From Patescibacteria group bacterium (GTDB taxonomy: Bacteria > Patescibacteriota > Gracilibacteria > UBA4473): DNA of 64,000 bases. Shown piece after piece: positions 1 through 10,164 of this stretch. Below the pieces are notes generated by a model. It saw only the letters and a program-made list of their open reading frames with translations. It was not told the DNA's origin and searched no databases. The stretch spans positions 764,228-828,227 of the forward strand of contig CBFIAK010000001.1 in the NCBI GenBank assembly GCA_965660445.1, read 5' to 3'. Each line of letters starts with the position of its first letter. The stretch's first letter is position 1. The position numbers and the translations under genes are program-made.

Positions 1-768
1 TTGAGACCGCACTTGATCTTGTTGAGACTCAGAAAACACGTCAATAATACGGGTAATTGTTTCTGGTCCATTATTCGTATGAAGCGTTGAAAACACCACA
101 TGCCCAGTTTCAGCCATAGTAAGAGCGGATGTAATGGTCTCTAAGTTCCGCATTTCCCCCACCATAAGCACATCTGGATCCTCCCGCAAAGACGACTCAA
201 TTCCAAACTTAAAATTTAATACATCACGCCCAACTTCTCGTTGTTGAACAATCCCCTTTCCATTATCTAAAATATATTCAATTGGATCTTCTATGGTAAT
301 TAAATGTTCCATCTTATTACGCATACGTTCTTGAAGCACAGCTGCTAATGTTGTTGTTTTCCCTTGTCCAGTAGGTCCAACAACCAAAACAAGTCCTTGA
401 CGCATATGGAGTAATTTTTCGAGCAAGAAATCAGGAAACCCAATAGTATCAAGTGGACGAATTGTTCGTGGAATCAACCGAAACGAAAAAGATATTCCAT
501 TTTGTTGATGAAATGCGTTTCCTCTTAAACGAAGTCCTGTTTTCGTAATCGTTAAAAAATCTGTTTGTTTTTTCTCTTTCAGTGTTGCCATATTTTCTGA
601 AGACAACAATTGTTTTAATAAGGCATCAATATCTAATTTCGTAATATTTGTTTCTTTAATAGGCAGCATATTTTGTGCAATTCGCAAAAATATAGGCATA
701 CCAACAACAATGTGAATATCTGAGGCTTTTTGTTTTTCAGCGAAAGCAATTATTTTTTCAAAATCCAT
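1..768 (-). CDS. pilT: Type IV pilus retraction ATPase PilT/PilU family (3' end runs off the window)
   Basis: Manual translation from the ATG at 768: MDFEKIIAFAEKQKASDIHIVVGMP..., Walker A GPTGQGKTTT, TIEDPIEY, SLREDPDVLMVGEMR, AETGHVVFSTLHT. Not in the ORF track because it is truncated. Confidence 0.9.
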   Translation of the reverse strand, partial: MDFEKIIAFAEKQKASDIHIVVGMPIFLRIAQNMLPIKETNITKLDIDALLKQLLSSENMATLKEKKQTDFLTITKTGLRLRGNAFHQQNGISFSFRLIPRTIRPLDTIGFPDFLLEKLLHMRQGLVLVVGPTGQGKTTTLAAVLQERMRNKMEHLITIEDPIEYILDNGKGIVQQREVGRDVLNFKFGIESSLREDPDVLMVGEMRNLETITSALTMAETGHVVFSTLHTNNGPETITRIIDVFSESQQDQVRSQ

Positions 769-894
769 ATAAAAAAAAGAAAGAAAGAACGACTCTGAGT
801 ATAACACACAACAAACAAAAAAAGAAAAAAACTTTTTTATTTCTCTCGTTTCTGTAGAATCACGCCGTATTATATTTTGTTATATTATTCAACA

Positions 895-3489
895 ATGCTT
901 CAAAACATATGGAACACCGTCTTTGGGAGTTACAACGAACGACAAATAAAGAAAATCGAGCCAATTATTCATATCATCAAACAATACGAAAAGGATTACG
1001 ACAAACTCTCAGACAGTCAATTAAAAGACCTTTTTGCTCAATGGAAAAAAGAGTTATCACAAGACCCTCAAAAAAGAGATCTCTATACTGAAAAAGTTTT
1101 TGCAGGAATCAAATGCGCCTGCAAAAGGCTTATTGGTTCATCTTTTCCTGTTCGTGGAAAAGACCAAGCATGGGACATGGTCCCCTATGACGTACAACTC
1201 ATTGGAGGGCTTATTCTTCATCAAGGAAAAATCGCTGAAATGAAAACAGGAGAAGGAAAAACACTTGTTTGTACGCTCCCTGTTATTCTTAATGCTTTAA
1301 CCGGAAAAGGGGTTCATGTGGTGACCGTGAATGATTACCTCGCACAACGAGACGCTGAATGGATGCGTCCTTTATACGAATTTTGTGGATTACAAGTGGG
1401 AGTTGTTGTTGGTGGTACTGACAATACCGAACGGAAAGAAGCGTATCAGCACGATATCACTTATGGAACCAATAACGAGTTTGGGTTTGATTATCTTCGA
1501 GATAATATGGCACAAGACCCAAATGATCTCGTGCAACGCAATTTGCATTTTGCAATTGTGGATGAGGTTGATTCAATTTTAATTGATGAATCAAGAACAC
1601 CGCTTATTATTTCAGCTCCTGCAGAAGAATCCACTGATAAATACGTTCGATATGCACAAGTTATTCCAATTCTTAAAGAAAACGAAGACTACAACATTGA
1701 TGCAAAACAAAAAGTAGCAACGTTATCTGAAGCTGGAATCTCAAAACTCGAAAAAGAATTAAAAATCGATAACATTTTCACTGATAAAGGATTTGATGAG
1801 GTTCATCACATAGAAAACGCATTACGAGCAAAAGTCATCTTTGAACGAGACCGAGATTATGTAGTGCAAAATGGACAAGTAATCATTGTCGACGAATTCA
1901 CCGGTCGTCTTATGCCAGGACGACGGTTTTCTGACGGACTTCATCAGGCATTAGAAGCGAAAGAAAATGTCACTATACAACGAGAATCAAAAACCCTCGC
2001 CACTATCACGTTTCAAAACTACTTTAGGCTCTATGAAAAACTTTCAGGAATGACAGGAACCGCTGAAACTGAAGCCGAAGAGTTTGGGAAAATATACAAA
2101 CTCGACACACTCGTTATTCCAACAAATAAACCCATCCAGAGACAAGACCTTCCTGATCAGATATTTAAAAATGAAGGAGGAAAATACAAAGCACTGGTGA
2201 AAGCCGTAAAAGAGTTTTACGAAAAAGGACAGCCTGTTCTTATTGGAACCGTGAACATTGACCAATCAGAACTTATTTCTCATTTACTTCAAAAAGAAGG
2301 ACTCCCTCATGAAGTCTTAAATGCAAAGCATCACGAAAGAGAAGCTGAAATCGTTGCTAAAGCTGGACAAAAAGGTTCTATTACTATTGCGACGAATATG
2401 GCAGGACGAGGAACTGATATTAAAATAAACCAAGAAGTAAAAGACTTAGGAGGACTCGTAATTTTAGGAACAGAACGACATGAGTCTCGACGAATCGATA
2501 ATCAGCTCCGAGGACGAGCTGGTCGACAAGGAGATCCAGGGATAACTCAATTTTATATATCAATGCGAGACAACCTCATGCGTCGGTTTGGAGGAGAACG
2601 AATGTCTGTTATTATGGACCGATTACAGATTCCTGATGATGAACCCATACAAAACAACATGATTTCTCGATCTGTTGAAAACGCACAAAAAAAGATAGAA
2701 GGGTTTCATTTTGATGCTCGAAAACACTTGGTGCAATACGATGATGTTATGAATATTCATCGAGAAAAAATATATACTCGACGAAGAGAAATTTTATTTC
2801 ACGACGATATTGAAGAAACGATACATCAGGTTATCAAGAATACTGTTGAACGAATTGTTTCCATACACGCACCTACACCAGAAATAAGTGAGTTATGGAA
2901 TCAGGAGGAAATCAAAGAAAGCATCATCAATATTCATAATAATGAAGAAAAAGATTTCAGCGAAAACCTTATCCAGTCTCACACCTACGCTCAAGACCTA
3001 CAAGAAGCATTAACACAATATCTTCTCAAAAGCTGGGAAACAAAAAAAAGTGATGCCGACCAAGAATGGAGCCTGAAAGTAGCAAAGTATGTCACACTGA
3101 GAACCATTGATGAAATATGGCTTAATCATATCAATGAAATGACTCATTTGCGTGACAGAGTGGCACTTTCTGGGTATGCACAAAAAGATCCCGTCATGGA
3201 ATACAAACGACAAGCATTTGAAATGTTTAAAACCATGATGGAAGAAATTAATACACGAGTGACACACAATTTGTTTCGAATCGAGTTTCAAAAACGCATT
3301 ACACTCACAAAAGCTGATTACTCGAAAGCGAATACAAACACGCAAGAAATCATATCAACACTTCAAAGTCAAAGTCAAAAAAACACAATTTCATCACTTC
3401 AGAAATCAAACCAAACACAAAACAGAGGAACATCACCAGAACCTCAAATTCCCCGTCGACTTCGGAGAAAAATAGATCGTAAGAAATAA
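895..3489 (+). CDS. secA: Preprotein translocase ATPase SecA
   Basis: EMKTGEGKT, VVTVNDYLA, DEVDSILIDE, ATNMAGRGTDI, QLRGRAGRQGDPG. ATG at 895 chosen over the TTG at 877. No C-terminal SEC-C zinc motif. Confidence 0.98.
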   Translation: MLQNIWNTVFGSYNERQIKKIEPIIHIIKQYEKDYDKLSDSQLKDLFAQWKKELSQDPQKRDLYTEKVFAGIKCACKRLIGSSFPVRGKDQAWDMVPYDVQLIGGLILHQGKIAEMKTGEGKTLVCTLPVILNALTGKGVHVVTVNDYLAQRDAEWMRPLYEFCGLQVGVVVGGTDNTERKEAYQHDITYGTNNEFGFDYLRDNMAQDPNDLVQRNLHFAIVDEVDSILIDESRTPLIISAPAEESTDKYVRYAQVIPILKENEDYNIDAKQKVATLSEAGISKLEKELKIDNIFTDKGFDEVHHIENALRAKVIFERDRDYVVQNGQVIIVDEFTGRLMPGRRFSDGLHQALEAKENVTIQRESKTLATITFQNYFRLYEKLSGMTGTAETEAEEFGKIYKLDTLVIPTNKPIQRQDLPDQIFKNEGGKYKALVKAVKEFYEKGQPVLIGTVNIDQSELISHLLQKEGLPHEVLNAKHHEREAEIVAKAGQKGSITIATNMAGRGTDIKINQEVKDLGGLVILGTERHESRRIDNQLRGRAGRQGDPGITQFYISMRDNLMRRFGGERMSVIMDRLQIPDDEPIQNNMISRSVENAQKKIEGFHFDARKHLVQYDDVMNIHREKIYTRRREILFHDDIEETIHQVIKNTVERIVSIHAPTPEISELWNQEEIKESIINIHNNEEKDFSENLIQSHTYAQDLQEALTQYLLKSWETKKSDADQEWSLKVAKYVTLRTIDEIWLNHINEMTHLRDRVALSGYAQKDPVMEYKRQAFEMFKTMMEEINTRVTHNLFRIEFQKRITLTKADYSKANTNTQEIISTLQSQSQKNTISSLQKSNQTQNRGTSPEPQIPRRLRRKIDRKK

Positions 3490-3526
3490 AAAAAGAGGAT
3501 ATGGGAATTCCCATATCCTCTTTTTT
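3489..3526. terminator. Bidirectional intrinsic terminator (38-bp perfect palindrome) between convergent secA and SLH genes
   Basis: aaaaaagaggatatgggaattcccatatcctctttttt; A-run and T-run flanks. Confidence 0.8.
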
Positions 3527-3532
3527 ATTGTT

Positions 3533-4723
3533 TTATTGTAATGATATATCCGTACCTCCTAAAGGAAAGAATCCTATTTTTTTCTCCGTATTGGCATCAA
3601 TCCAATCCGGACGATACAATACTAACCTTGAGAACGCATTTGGTGTTGGTGTTGAACCAAGATCGGCTTTCAGTACAAACGGACGAGAACTCGACGTAAT
3701 AGTAATAGACCGATTGAATGGTATATAAATAATATCCCCTTCAACACTTATTTTTTCAGACACTGTTTCGTCATTTGACTCAAGCCATAGATTCTTAAAC
3801 ACATCTGAACCAGCTGTTCCCATAAGACGGAAATACATCCCCCCAAGACGAACCGTGCCCGACTGAGATCGGAATGTAATGGCGTGAACTGGTACATTTG
3901 TTGTATTTTTAGAAAGAGTTACTCGACGAGCCAAAGATGATGTTTTTTCCACATACAATGTTCCTGCATTTGGACTCAGTGGCATTGTTTGTGGCATGGT
4001 GTCTGTATACTCATACAGAGGGGCATCTGATGTTGTTGGTGTAACGTCTCCTCTATCCGTTTGATTTGATTCTGTAGTCGGATCAAATGTACTGGGAAGT
4101 TGAGTATCAGAAAGTGATGTTTGAGAAGATTCCTCATCTGATGACAGTTTTCCTGTATATTTCATACACCGATAAATCTGATCTGTAATTTCAATTCGCG
4201 AAGGAGTATGCGATTTATCAATATTTTCGAGGGTTACCCCATAAGGCAACAGTTGCGCATCAGACAAAGCTCTAAAATACGGCATACTCCAATCGTCACC
4301 TTCTTGCACATCTCCAACAGGAATACTAAACGCAAGCGTTAATATCTTTGCTACTTCTGCACGATTGATGGTTCCCCCTGGTTGAAAAGTACCATCTGGA
4401 TATCCTGAAACCCATCCATACTGACGAGCTGTTTCTATAAAATCAAAAAACCAATCTTCTTTTTGGATATCAGGAAATCGAGATTGTAATGGCAAATACC
4501 GAGTGACGTTTGTAGCGGTCACAACAAGTTTTGAAAATTCCGCTCTATTCATTGGTCGATCTGGAGCAAACGAACCGTCATCATTCCCAGATATAATACC
4601 TTCATTGTAAAGAGTTTCTACAGCCGGTAATGCCCATTGTTCAATAGTATCAGCATCTGAAAAAGAAGCGTGTGCAGGAATCGTAGTTCCAATAGCAACA
4701 AGAAACAAAAAGAATGAGTACAT
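3533..4723 (-). CDS. Secreted S-layer homology (SLH) domain protein
   Basis: Signal peptide; SLH repeats GIISGNDDGSFAPDRPMNRAE and GWVSGYPDGTFQPGGTINRAE; S/T-rich linker. Confidence 0.85.
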   Translation of the reverse strand: MYSFFLFLVAIGTTIPAHASFSDADTIEQWALPAVETLYNEGIISGNDDGSFAPDRPMNRAEFSKLVVTATNVTRYLPLQSRFPDIQKEDWFFDFIETARQYGWVSGYPDGTFQPGGTINRAEVAKILTLAFSIPVGDVQEGDDWSMPYFRALSDAQLLPYGVTLENIDKSHTPSRIEITDQIYRCMKYTGKLSSDEESSQTSLSDTQLPSTFDPTTESNQTDRGDVTPTTSDAPLYEYTDTMPQTMPLSPNAGTLYVEKTSSLARRVTLSKNTTNVPVHAITFRSQSGTVRLGGMYFRLMGTAGSDVFKNLWLESNDETVSEKISVEGDIIYIPFNRSITITSSSRPFVLKADLGSTPTPNAFSRLVLYRPDWIDANTEKKIGFFPLGGTDISLQ

Positions 4724-4805
4724 AAAAAAGAAGAGTTATAAACACTCTTCATTCTAAAAAGAAGCAAAAAGAAAAGCAAATAATTAAACCTATTGTGAAA
4801 AACTA

Positions 4806-5354
4806 TTACGAAACAAGATGTGCTGGAATGATATTATCAACCGCTCCCCAACTTGCATCAATTTCTTCTGGTATAAGGATTGTTACATCATCCCCTATTT
4901 TCCCTTTATAAAAAGTAACAGACGCATACAATATATTGTATTCTCTCTGAGGTGTCAGTACTTTATATTGATTTCCATCGAGAATAAGTTTTCCATTGAC
5001 TGCACGGCGAGGAATCATTTCTATTTGTTTAAAGATAAAAGCTCCATTTGGTTTAATAGAAAGCTTTAATCGATCACCTTCAACGAGTTTTGATTTTGAA
5101 GCATAATTCGCTGGAATTGGAAATTGACCTCCATCATCTGCCACCATACGAACACCATCAAATATTCCTTCAAGGACTCGTTCGTCCTCTGATGCTTCAT
5201 TATAGATACTCAGATGATCAGGTTGCGTTGAAATTGATTCGATACCGGCATCTTCTTGAAGCAGTTTTGTCCATTTCTCAACCGCTAAAAGAGAAGCTTT
5301 TGTTGCTTGTAATGACTGAATAAGGTTCTGAATAATCTGAGTATCTTTTTTCAT
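4806..5354 (-). CDS. Conserved hypothetical protein of a type typical of CPR genomes
   Basis: 182-aa ORF with the motif LEGIFDGxxM...PANYASKSKLVEGDxLKL. Confidence 0.75.
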   Translation of the reverse strand: MKKDTQIIQNLIQSLQATKASLLAVEKWTKLLQEDAGIESISTQPDHLSIYNEASEDERVLEGIFDGVRMVADDGGQFPIPANYASKSKLVEGDRLKLSIKPNGAFIFKQIEMIPRRAVNGKLILDGNQYKVLTPQREYNILYASVTFYKGKIGDDVTILIPEEIDASWGAVDNIIPAHLVS

Positions 5355-5427
5355 GAGATAAAAATATTTAAAAAACGAAACATCTGTTCATTATACTCCA
5401 AAAAACAAGAAAATTCAAGCAAAAACA

Positions 5428-5464
5428 AAAAAACCTCCTGTGTTTTGTGTACAGAAGGTTTTTT
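5428..5464 (-). terminator. Probable intrinsic terminator downstream of the thioredoxin-fold gene
   Basis: aaaaaacct-cctgt...acag-aaggtttttt imperfect hairpin. Confidence 0.5.
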
Positions 5465-5484
5465 GATACGAACAAAGCTATTAC

Positions 5485-6486
5485 TTACACCCCACAATTC
5501 GCTGTTGTTGCCGAAGTTCCGGCAGCACTGGTATTATATCCAAACCCAGGAGATGGTTGTGTTGAGGGCAATTGCGTATCACATGCCTCAGGTGCATCTT
5601 CAAACCCAGCACATACGGTTTCAAGCAAACTCGCTGAATCTCGAGCCGTAGTGACCACTTGTCCGTTAATAACAAGTGTTGGTGACCCTCGAACTCCATA
5701 TTTTTCATTGTCAGCTTGATAAAGTGGATATGAAGGGAATTGCCCCATCCATGTCGATCGATCTTCAAAATTAGCCAGTGTATTAAACTCATTTTCAAGG
5801 TCTGCCAAACAAGTGTCATATGACGCTTCTGTTTCTTCGATAACTCCAAGACATCGTTCAGAATTTTCATCTTCTAAGAAACACCCGAGGTATGTTAATA
5901 ACTTATCAGGAGTTTCTTCTTTTATACAATGTTGAAGATTTTGCTCGACCAATTCTTTATATTGATGCATAGCATAGGTATTAAACTTTAATTGAAAATC
6001 CACACTCTCACCAAGAGCATCAAGCACTGGAAGCATTCCTTTTTGCATCTGTGTTCCAAACGGACAATGACTCATTACAAAAAGTTCCACTACTGGTTTT
6101 TCTGCTTTTGGAATAGATCCTAATTGTTGTTGTTTTTGTTCGTCAGCTGCTTTTTGCGCTGTTGCTTTTTCAGTTCGCACTTGTTCAATATCCATTGCTT
6201 GAGGAAAGAATGTTTTTCCATCCTTTGTAAGATAAGCGGGTAATATTTGTCCATTTACTTCTACTTCCATACGATAAAGAGAACCTTCATCAGTAAAGTT
6301 TTGAACCTTTACGGCTTGTCCAGGGGGAAGTAAGTCTTGGTTTATAAAATCAATAGCAATTAATTTTGCTTCTTCAAATGAGAGGTCACTTGATGAATTC
6401 TTTGGAGAAATTCCATTTGATGCACACCCCACAATAAGAAGTGAAAACACTGCAAATGCACTGAAAAATAGAGACTGAAGTTTCAT
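5485..6486 (-). CDS. Thioredoxin/DsbA-fold lipoprotein
   Basis: Lipobox-like LIVGC; VELFVMSHCPFG; GVRGSPTLVING cis-Pro loop. Confidence 0.75.
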   Translation of the reverse strand: MKLQSLFFSAFAVFSLLIVGCASNGISPKNSSSDLSFEEAKLIAIDFINQDLLPPGQAVKVQNFTDEGSLYRMEVEVNGQILPAYLTKDGKTFFPQAMDIEQVRTEKATAQKAADEQKQQQLGSIPKAEKPVVELFVMSHCPFGTQMQKGMLPVLDALGESVDFQLKFNTYAMHQYKELVEQNLQHCIKEETPDKLLTYLGCFLEDENSERCLGVIEETEASYDTCLADLENEFNTLANFEDRSTWMGQFPSYPLYQADNEKYGVRGSPTLVINGQVVTTARDSASLLETVCAGFEDAPEACDTQLPSTQPSPGFGYNTSAAGTSATTANCGV

Positions 6487-6609
6487 ATAAAAAAACAATA
6501 ATAAATAAAAAAACTAGTTTTATTGTAGAAATGATTTTTTTTTCGTCAAACAGTAAAAAAAAGAAAAAAGAATAGAATTTATCTTTTGTTTTTATTACAA
6601 TAGTCTCTG

Positions 6610-7503
6610 ATGAGCATAAGTATACAAAAAGACGTTTCATTTCGAACCATTACTTTCTATGGCGTAGGAGGGTTAATTGATGAATTATATAGCATTAAAA
6701 CAATAGATGGGTTTGATGAAATATGGGCAGAGACCCAACAAGAAAAAATTCCTTTTTTTGTTTTAGGAAAAGGTTCAAATACTCTTTTTTCAGATAAGGG
6801 GTTTCGTGGACGAGTATTTTTGTTACAGTGTCAGGAAACCTATTGGAAAACGAAAAACATTGTTTGTGTAGAAACTGGAAAAAACTGGCAACAGTTTATT
6901 GAGGAAACAAACCAAAAAGGATTTCGAGATTTGTGTCCATTAAGTGGAATTCCTGGGAACGTTGGAGGCTTTATAAGAGGTAATGCTGGAGCTTTTGGCA
7001 TGGAAACTTCTGATAGAATTATTGAAGTAGAATATAGAGATGAATATGGCTTACAGAAAAGGATATCACAGAAGGACTGTGGTTTTGGGTACCGAGAAAG
7101 CATTTTCAAGCACCATCCCGAATGGTGTATCACCAAAGCTACATTTGGTTTCCATGAAGAATCTGATCCCGCAGAAGCACTTGCATCATCACAAGCATTA
7201 CTAAAAGAACGATGGGAGAAATATCCAAAAGGTCGTTCTGGTGGGAGTTTTTTCAAGAATCCCGATGGATACTTTACAGGTCAATTATTTGATACGCTTG
7301 GAGCTAAGGGCGATCAAATAGGCATGGCACAAATTTCTGAGAAGCACGCAAATTTCATTATCAACAAAGAAGGAAAAGCCACTCAAAGCGATATTCTCCA
7401 ACTAGCTCGAAAATGGAAACAAAAAGTATATGATGTTTATGGTCTTACCCTTGAAGCTGAAATTTCTATTTGCGATGAATATGGTCATAAGATTGTACTC
7501 TAA
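6610..7503 (+). CDS. murB: UDP-N-acetylenolpyruvoylglucosamine reductase
   Basis: LGKGSNTL, GIPGNVGG..RGNAGAFG, FGYRESIFK, SGGSFFKNP, SEKHANFIIN. Confidence 0.95.
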   Translation: MSISIQKDVSFRTITFYGVGGLIDELYSIKTIDGFDEIWAETQQEKIPFFVLGKGSNTLFSDKGFRGRVFLLQCQETYWKTKNIVCVETGKNWQQFIEETNQKGFRDLCPLSGIPGNVGGFIRGNAGAFGMETSDRIIEVEYRDEYGLQKRISQKDCGFGYRESIFKHHPEWCITKATFGFHEESDPAEALASSQALLKERWEKYPKGRSGGSFFKNPDGYFTGQLFDTLGAKGDQIGMAQISEKHANFIINKEGKATQSDILQLARKWKQKVYDVYGLTLEAEISICDEYGHKIVL

Positions 7504-7577
7504 GAACAAAAGCCGTACACAAAAAGAGAAGTATACAGCTTCAAGATTGAAGAGAAAAGAGAACCAATTAACCGTAT

Positions 7578-8153
7578 TTACAGCACTAAATCCACCGTGT
7601 CTTTTTTGAGCTTATTTTTTAGAATAATAATTTCGTTATCTTTAAATATATCTTTTACAAATTTATCTTTGAGTGTCACTCGATACAAGAAATCTTCTCG
7701 ATTCATAAGTGAAAAACGAATTGTTTTCCCAGGAAAATAAGAATCTAAAAAAGATTGAAGTTCATTTTTATTCACATCTCCTACGACAAACACATCAATA
7801 TCCATTTTGTCTTTATCAATAAAAGAACCTGTAAGAATCAAAATATCAATATTTCCAAGTTTTGATATTTTCTTTAAGAGTTCTTCGTTTTCTTCTTGGC
7901 TTTTTCGTATAATCGAAGCGAGTTCATGATACAAAGGAAAATGCGGATTAAGTCGGTAATACTTTTTTCTATTTTTTTCAACTGATTTAAAAAGACCAAT
8001 ATTTTCCAAATTCTCAAGCTCCCGTCGCATAGAGTTTATCTGTTCGTCGAGAACTCGAGTTAATTCTCGAATAAAAAACTCATCTTCCGGGTGTGAAAAA
8101 AACTGTGTCAGAATTTTTACCCGAGATCCAGAACCAAAAAGTTTTTTGAGCAT
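7578..8153 (-). CDS. Winged-HTH transcriptional regulator with degenerate nucleotidyltransferase-like C-terminus (CPR-type)
   Basis: LFGSGSRVKIL...FFIRELTRVLDEQINSMRRELENL; GSF..DIDVFVVGD; ATG at 8153. Confidence 0.75.
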   Translation of the reverse strand: MLKKLFGSGSRVKILTQFFSHPEDEFFIRELTRVLDEQINSMRRELENLENIGLFKSVEKNRKKYYRLNPHFPLYHELASIIRKSQEENEELLKKISKLGNIDILILTGSFIDKDKMDIDVFVVGDVNKNELQSFLDSYFPGKTIRFSLMNREDFLYRVTLKDKFVKDIFKDNEIIILKNKLKKDTVDLVL

Positions 8154-8618
8154 TTTTTTTGTGCAAAACGAAAAGTTCAAAAAAAGTATTCCTCTTTTTC
8201 AAAAAAATGTCAAAAGTTTTTTTCAAAAAAACGAATAAAGGCTTATTTAAAAGGAAAACTTTGATAAAAAAAATAAAACATGAACCATTTTTTTTAATAA
8301 AAATATATAGAAAGAATAATTTTTTTATACAAAAAAACAAGAAAAATAAATTTGTGTTCATGAAAAAAATAAGAGAACAGTAAATAAACAACAAAATGAG
8401 AAATAAAAAATCATAAAATCTCTTTAATAAGCCGAAAACAATAAATTTAAAAACAAAAAAAGTAAATACAAAGTAATGACAAAGTAAAAACAAAGATCAA
8501 AAAGAGAGATTCAAAAGAAAGAGCCTCTGCAACGCAAAGACTCTTTTTTGAGGCGATATCTCCTTTTTCAAGAAGAACGATTTTTAATACAAATACGAAT
8601 ACGAATACAACAAAATAT

Positions 8619-8858
8619 TTAGAATTCTAATGATTGAACATCTTCTCTTTTTGCTTTTCGAACCATAAATCCCATGCCTAATGGTAATCCTGATAAAAAC
8701 CCAATTAAGAAAATAACAAAAATTGGTTTGGGAAGTGATCCGGTAATCTGATCAAATAGTACTTGGTAAGTACAGTCATACACCGCTGCGTTCTGCAGAG
8801 CAATAACAACTCCAATAGAAGCAAAGATACCGGAAAGAATAAATAAGAATTTCTTCAT
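8619..8858 (-). CDS. Small two-TM membrane protein (LapA/DUF1049-like)
   Basis: Two hydrophobic segments, ALQN motif after TM1; directly downstream of tig. Confidence 0.55.
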   Translation of the reverse strand: MKKFLFILSGIFASIGVVIALQNAAVYDCTYQVLFDQITGSLPKPIFVIFLIGFLSGLPLGMGFMVRKAKREDVQSLEF

Positions 8859-8881
8859 AAAAAATGAAAATCAAAATCAGT

Positions 8882-10132
8882 TTAAAGTGTAAGCCCCTTG
8901 AGATATTTGTCAATTTTGAGGTGAAACACAAATCGCGGCAATTGTGACGCTCCATCTTTTCCATCTTGTTTCTGTGCTAAACTTTGTGCATGAGCCATTT
9001 CATCTTTATCAAGCTCAATCCCCTCTTTTTCCACAATATGAGAGAGCGCCAAGAAAACAAGTAATGATTCTTTTGCGGGAGTTCGAAACTCTTTTCGCAA
9101 ATCTTCTTCTGTTTTCTTCATAGATTTCCAAAACTGATCTGGATTTTTTTGAAAATGAGGCGATTGTTTAATATTGTTTATTTTTGCGTTCACATCATCT
9201 TCAATCCAAGACTCAGGTAAATCCGTTTTCACAAGTGGAACTAATTTTTTTGTATACTCGTCAATACACTTCTTCTGCTCTTCTTGTAATTGACGTTCTG
9301 TAATAACTTTCTCGATATCAGATCGAAACTCTGATACGGGTTTTTTTTCTCCTACTATTTCTTGAATAATGTCTTCCGTTAAAGCAGAAACATCACATGT
9401 TCGCACTTCAATTAAGCGAATATCAAACGGAATCTTTTTACCAGCCATATCTTGAGCATGGTAATCTTTTGGGAAAGAAACTTTGACGCCTTTCTTTTCT
9501 TCACCAGCTTTCATACCCACAAAAGCGTTTTCTAAATCTTCTAAAAACTGACCCGACCCAATCTCAAACACAACATCTTTCGCAGCAGTAGCAGGGAGAA
9601 CATTCCCCTTTTCATCTTTTCCTTCAAAGTCAACCGTCACAATATGTCCTTTTTCAGCTTTTCCAGAAACAGGTTGTAATACGCCTCGTTCTTTTAATAT
9701 ATTCCGAATAACCATATCAATTTCATCTTGAACAATAGAAACCGATGGTTTTTTCATAGTTATTTTTGTGTAGTCCCCTACTTTCACTTCTGGATAAACC
9801 TCCACTGTTACTTTTAATGAAAATGGAGGTGTTGCTTTTTTCTCATCCATATGAATATGTGGTTCAGAAACTGGTTTTAATTTGTTTTGAGATATAAATT
9901 CTTGGTATTGTTTATTCACAGCTCGATGAAGTGATTCATAATAAATACGGTCTTGCCCAACAGAAGCAATCACCATGTCATCAGGCGTATGACCTTTTCG
10001 AAACCCTTTAACCGATACATCTTTTCGGAAATGCTCAAGCACGGGTTTCATTTCAGACTGAATAGCTTTTTCTTCAATAGTAAGGGAAAACTCAACTTTT
10101 GATCCGGGTTTTTTTGTATACGGGGTAGACAT
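8882..10132 (-). CDS. tig: Trigger factor
   Basis: Ribosome-binding GFRKGH, FKBP-like domain (VTVDFEG, GSGQFLEDLE, FPKDYHA). Confidence 0.93.
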   Translation of the reverse strand: MSTPYTKKPGSKVEFSLTIEEKAIQSEMKPVLEHFRKDVSVKGFRKGHTPDDMVIASVGQDRIYYESLHRAVNKQYQEFISQNKLKPVSEPHIHMDEKKATPPFSLKVTVEVYPEVKVGDYTKITMKKPSVSIVQDEIDMVIRNILKERGVLQPVSGKAEKGHIVTVDFEGKDEKGNVLPATAAKDVVFEIGSGQFLEDLENAFVGMKAGEEKKGVKVSFPKDYHAQDMAGKKIPFDIRLIEVRTCDVSALTEDIIQEIVGEKKPVSEFRSDIEKVITERQLQEEQKKCIDEYTKKLVPLVKTDLPESWIEDDVNAKINNIKQSPHFQKNPDQFWKSMKKTEEDLRKEFRTPAKESLLVFLALSHIVEKEGIELDKDEMAHAQSLAQKQDGKDGASQLPRFVFHLKIDKYLKGLTL

Positions 10133-10164
10133 AAGAATGCAAATAGATAAAAAATTATAGTGGC

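Noticed and set aside
8080-8493. Phe-rich and Lys-rich ORFs in the AT-rich intergenic region
   Set aside because: Low-complexity A/T tracts upstream of the regulator; no protein-like composition.
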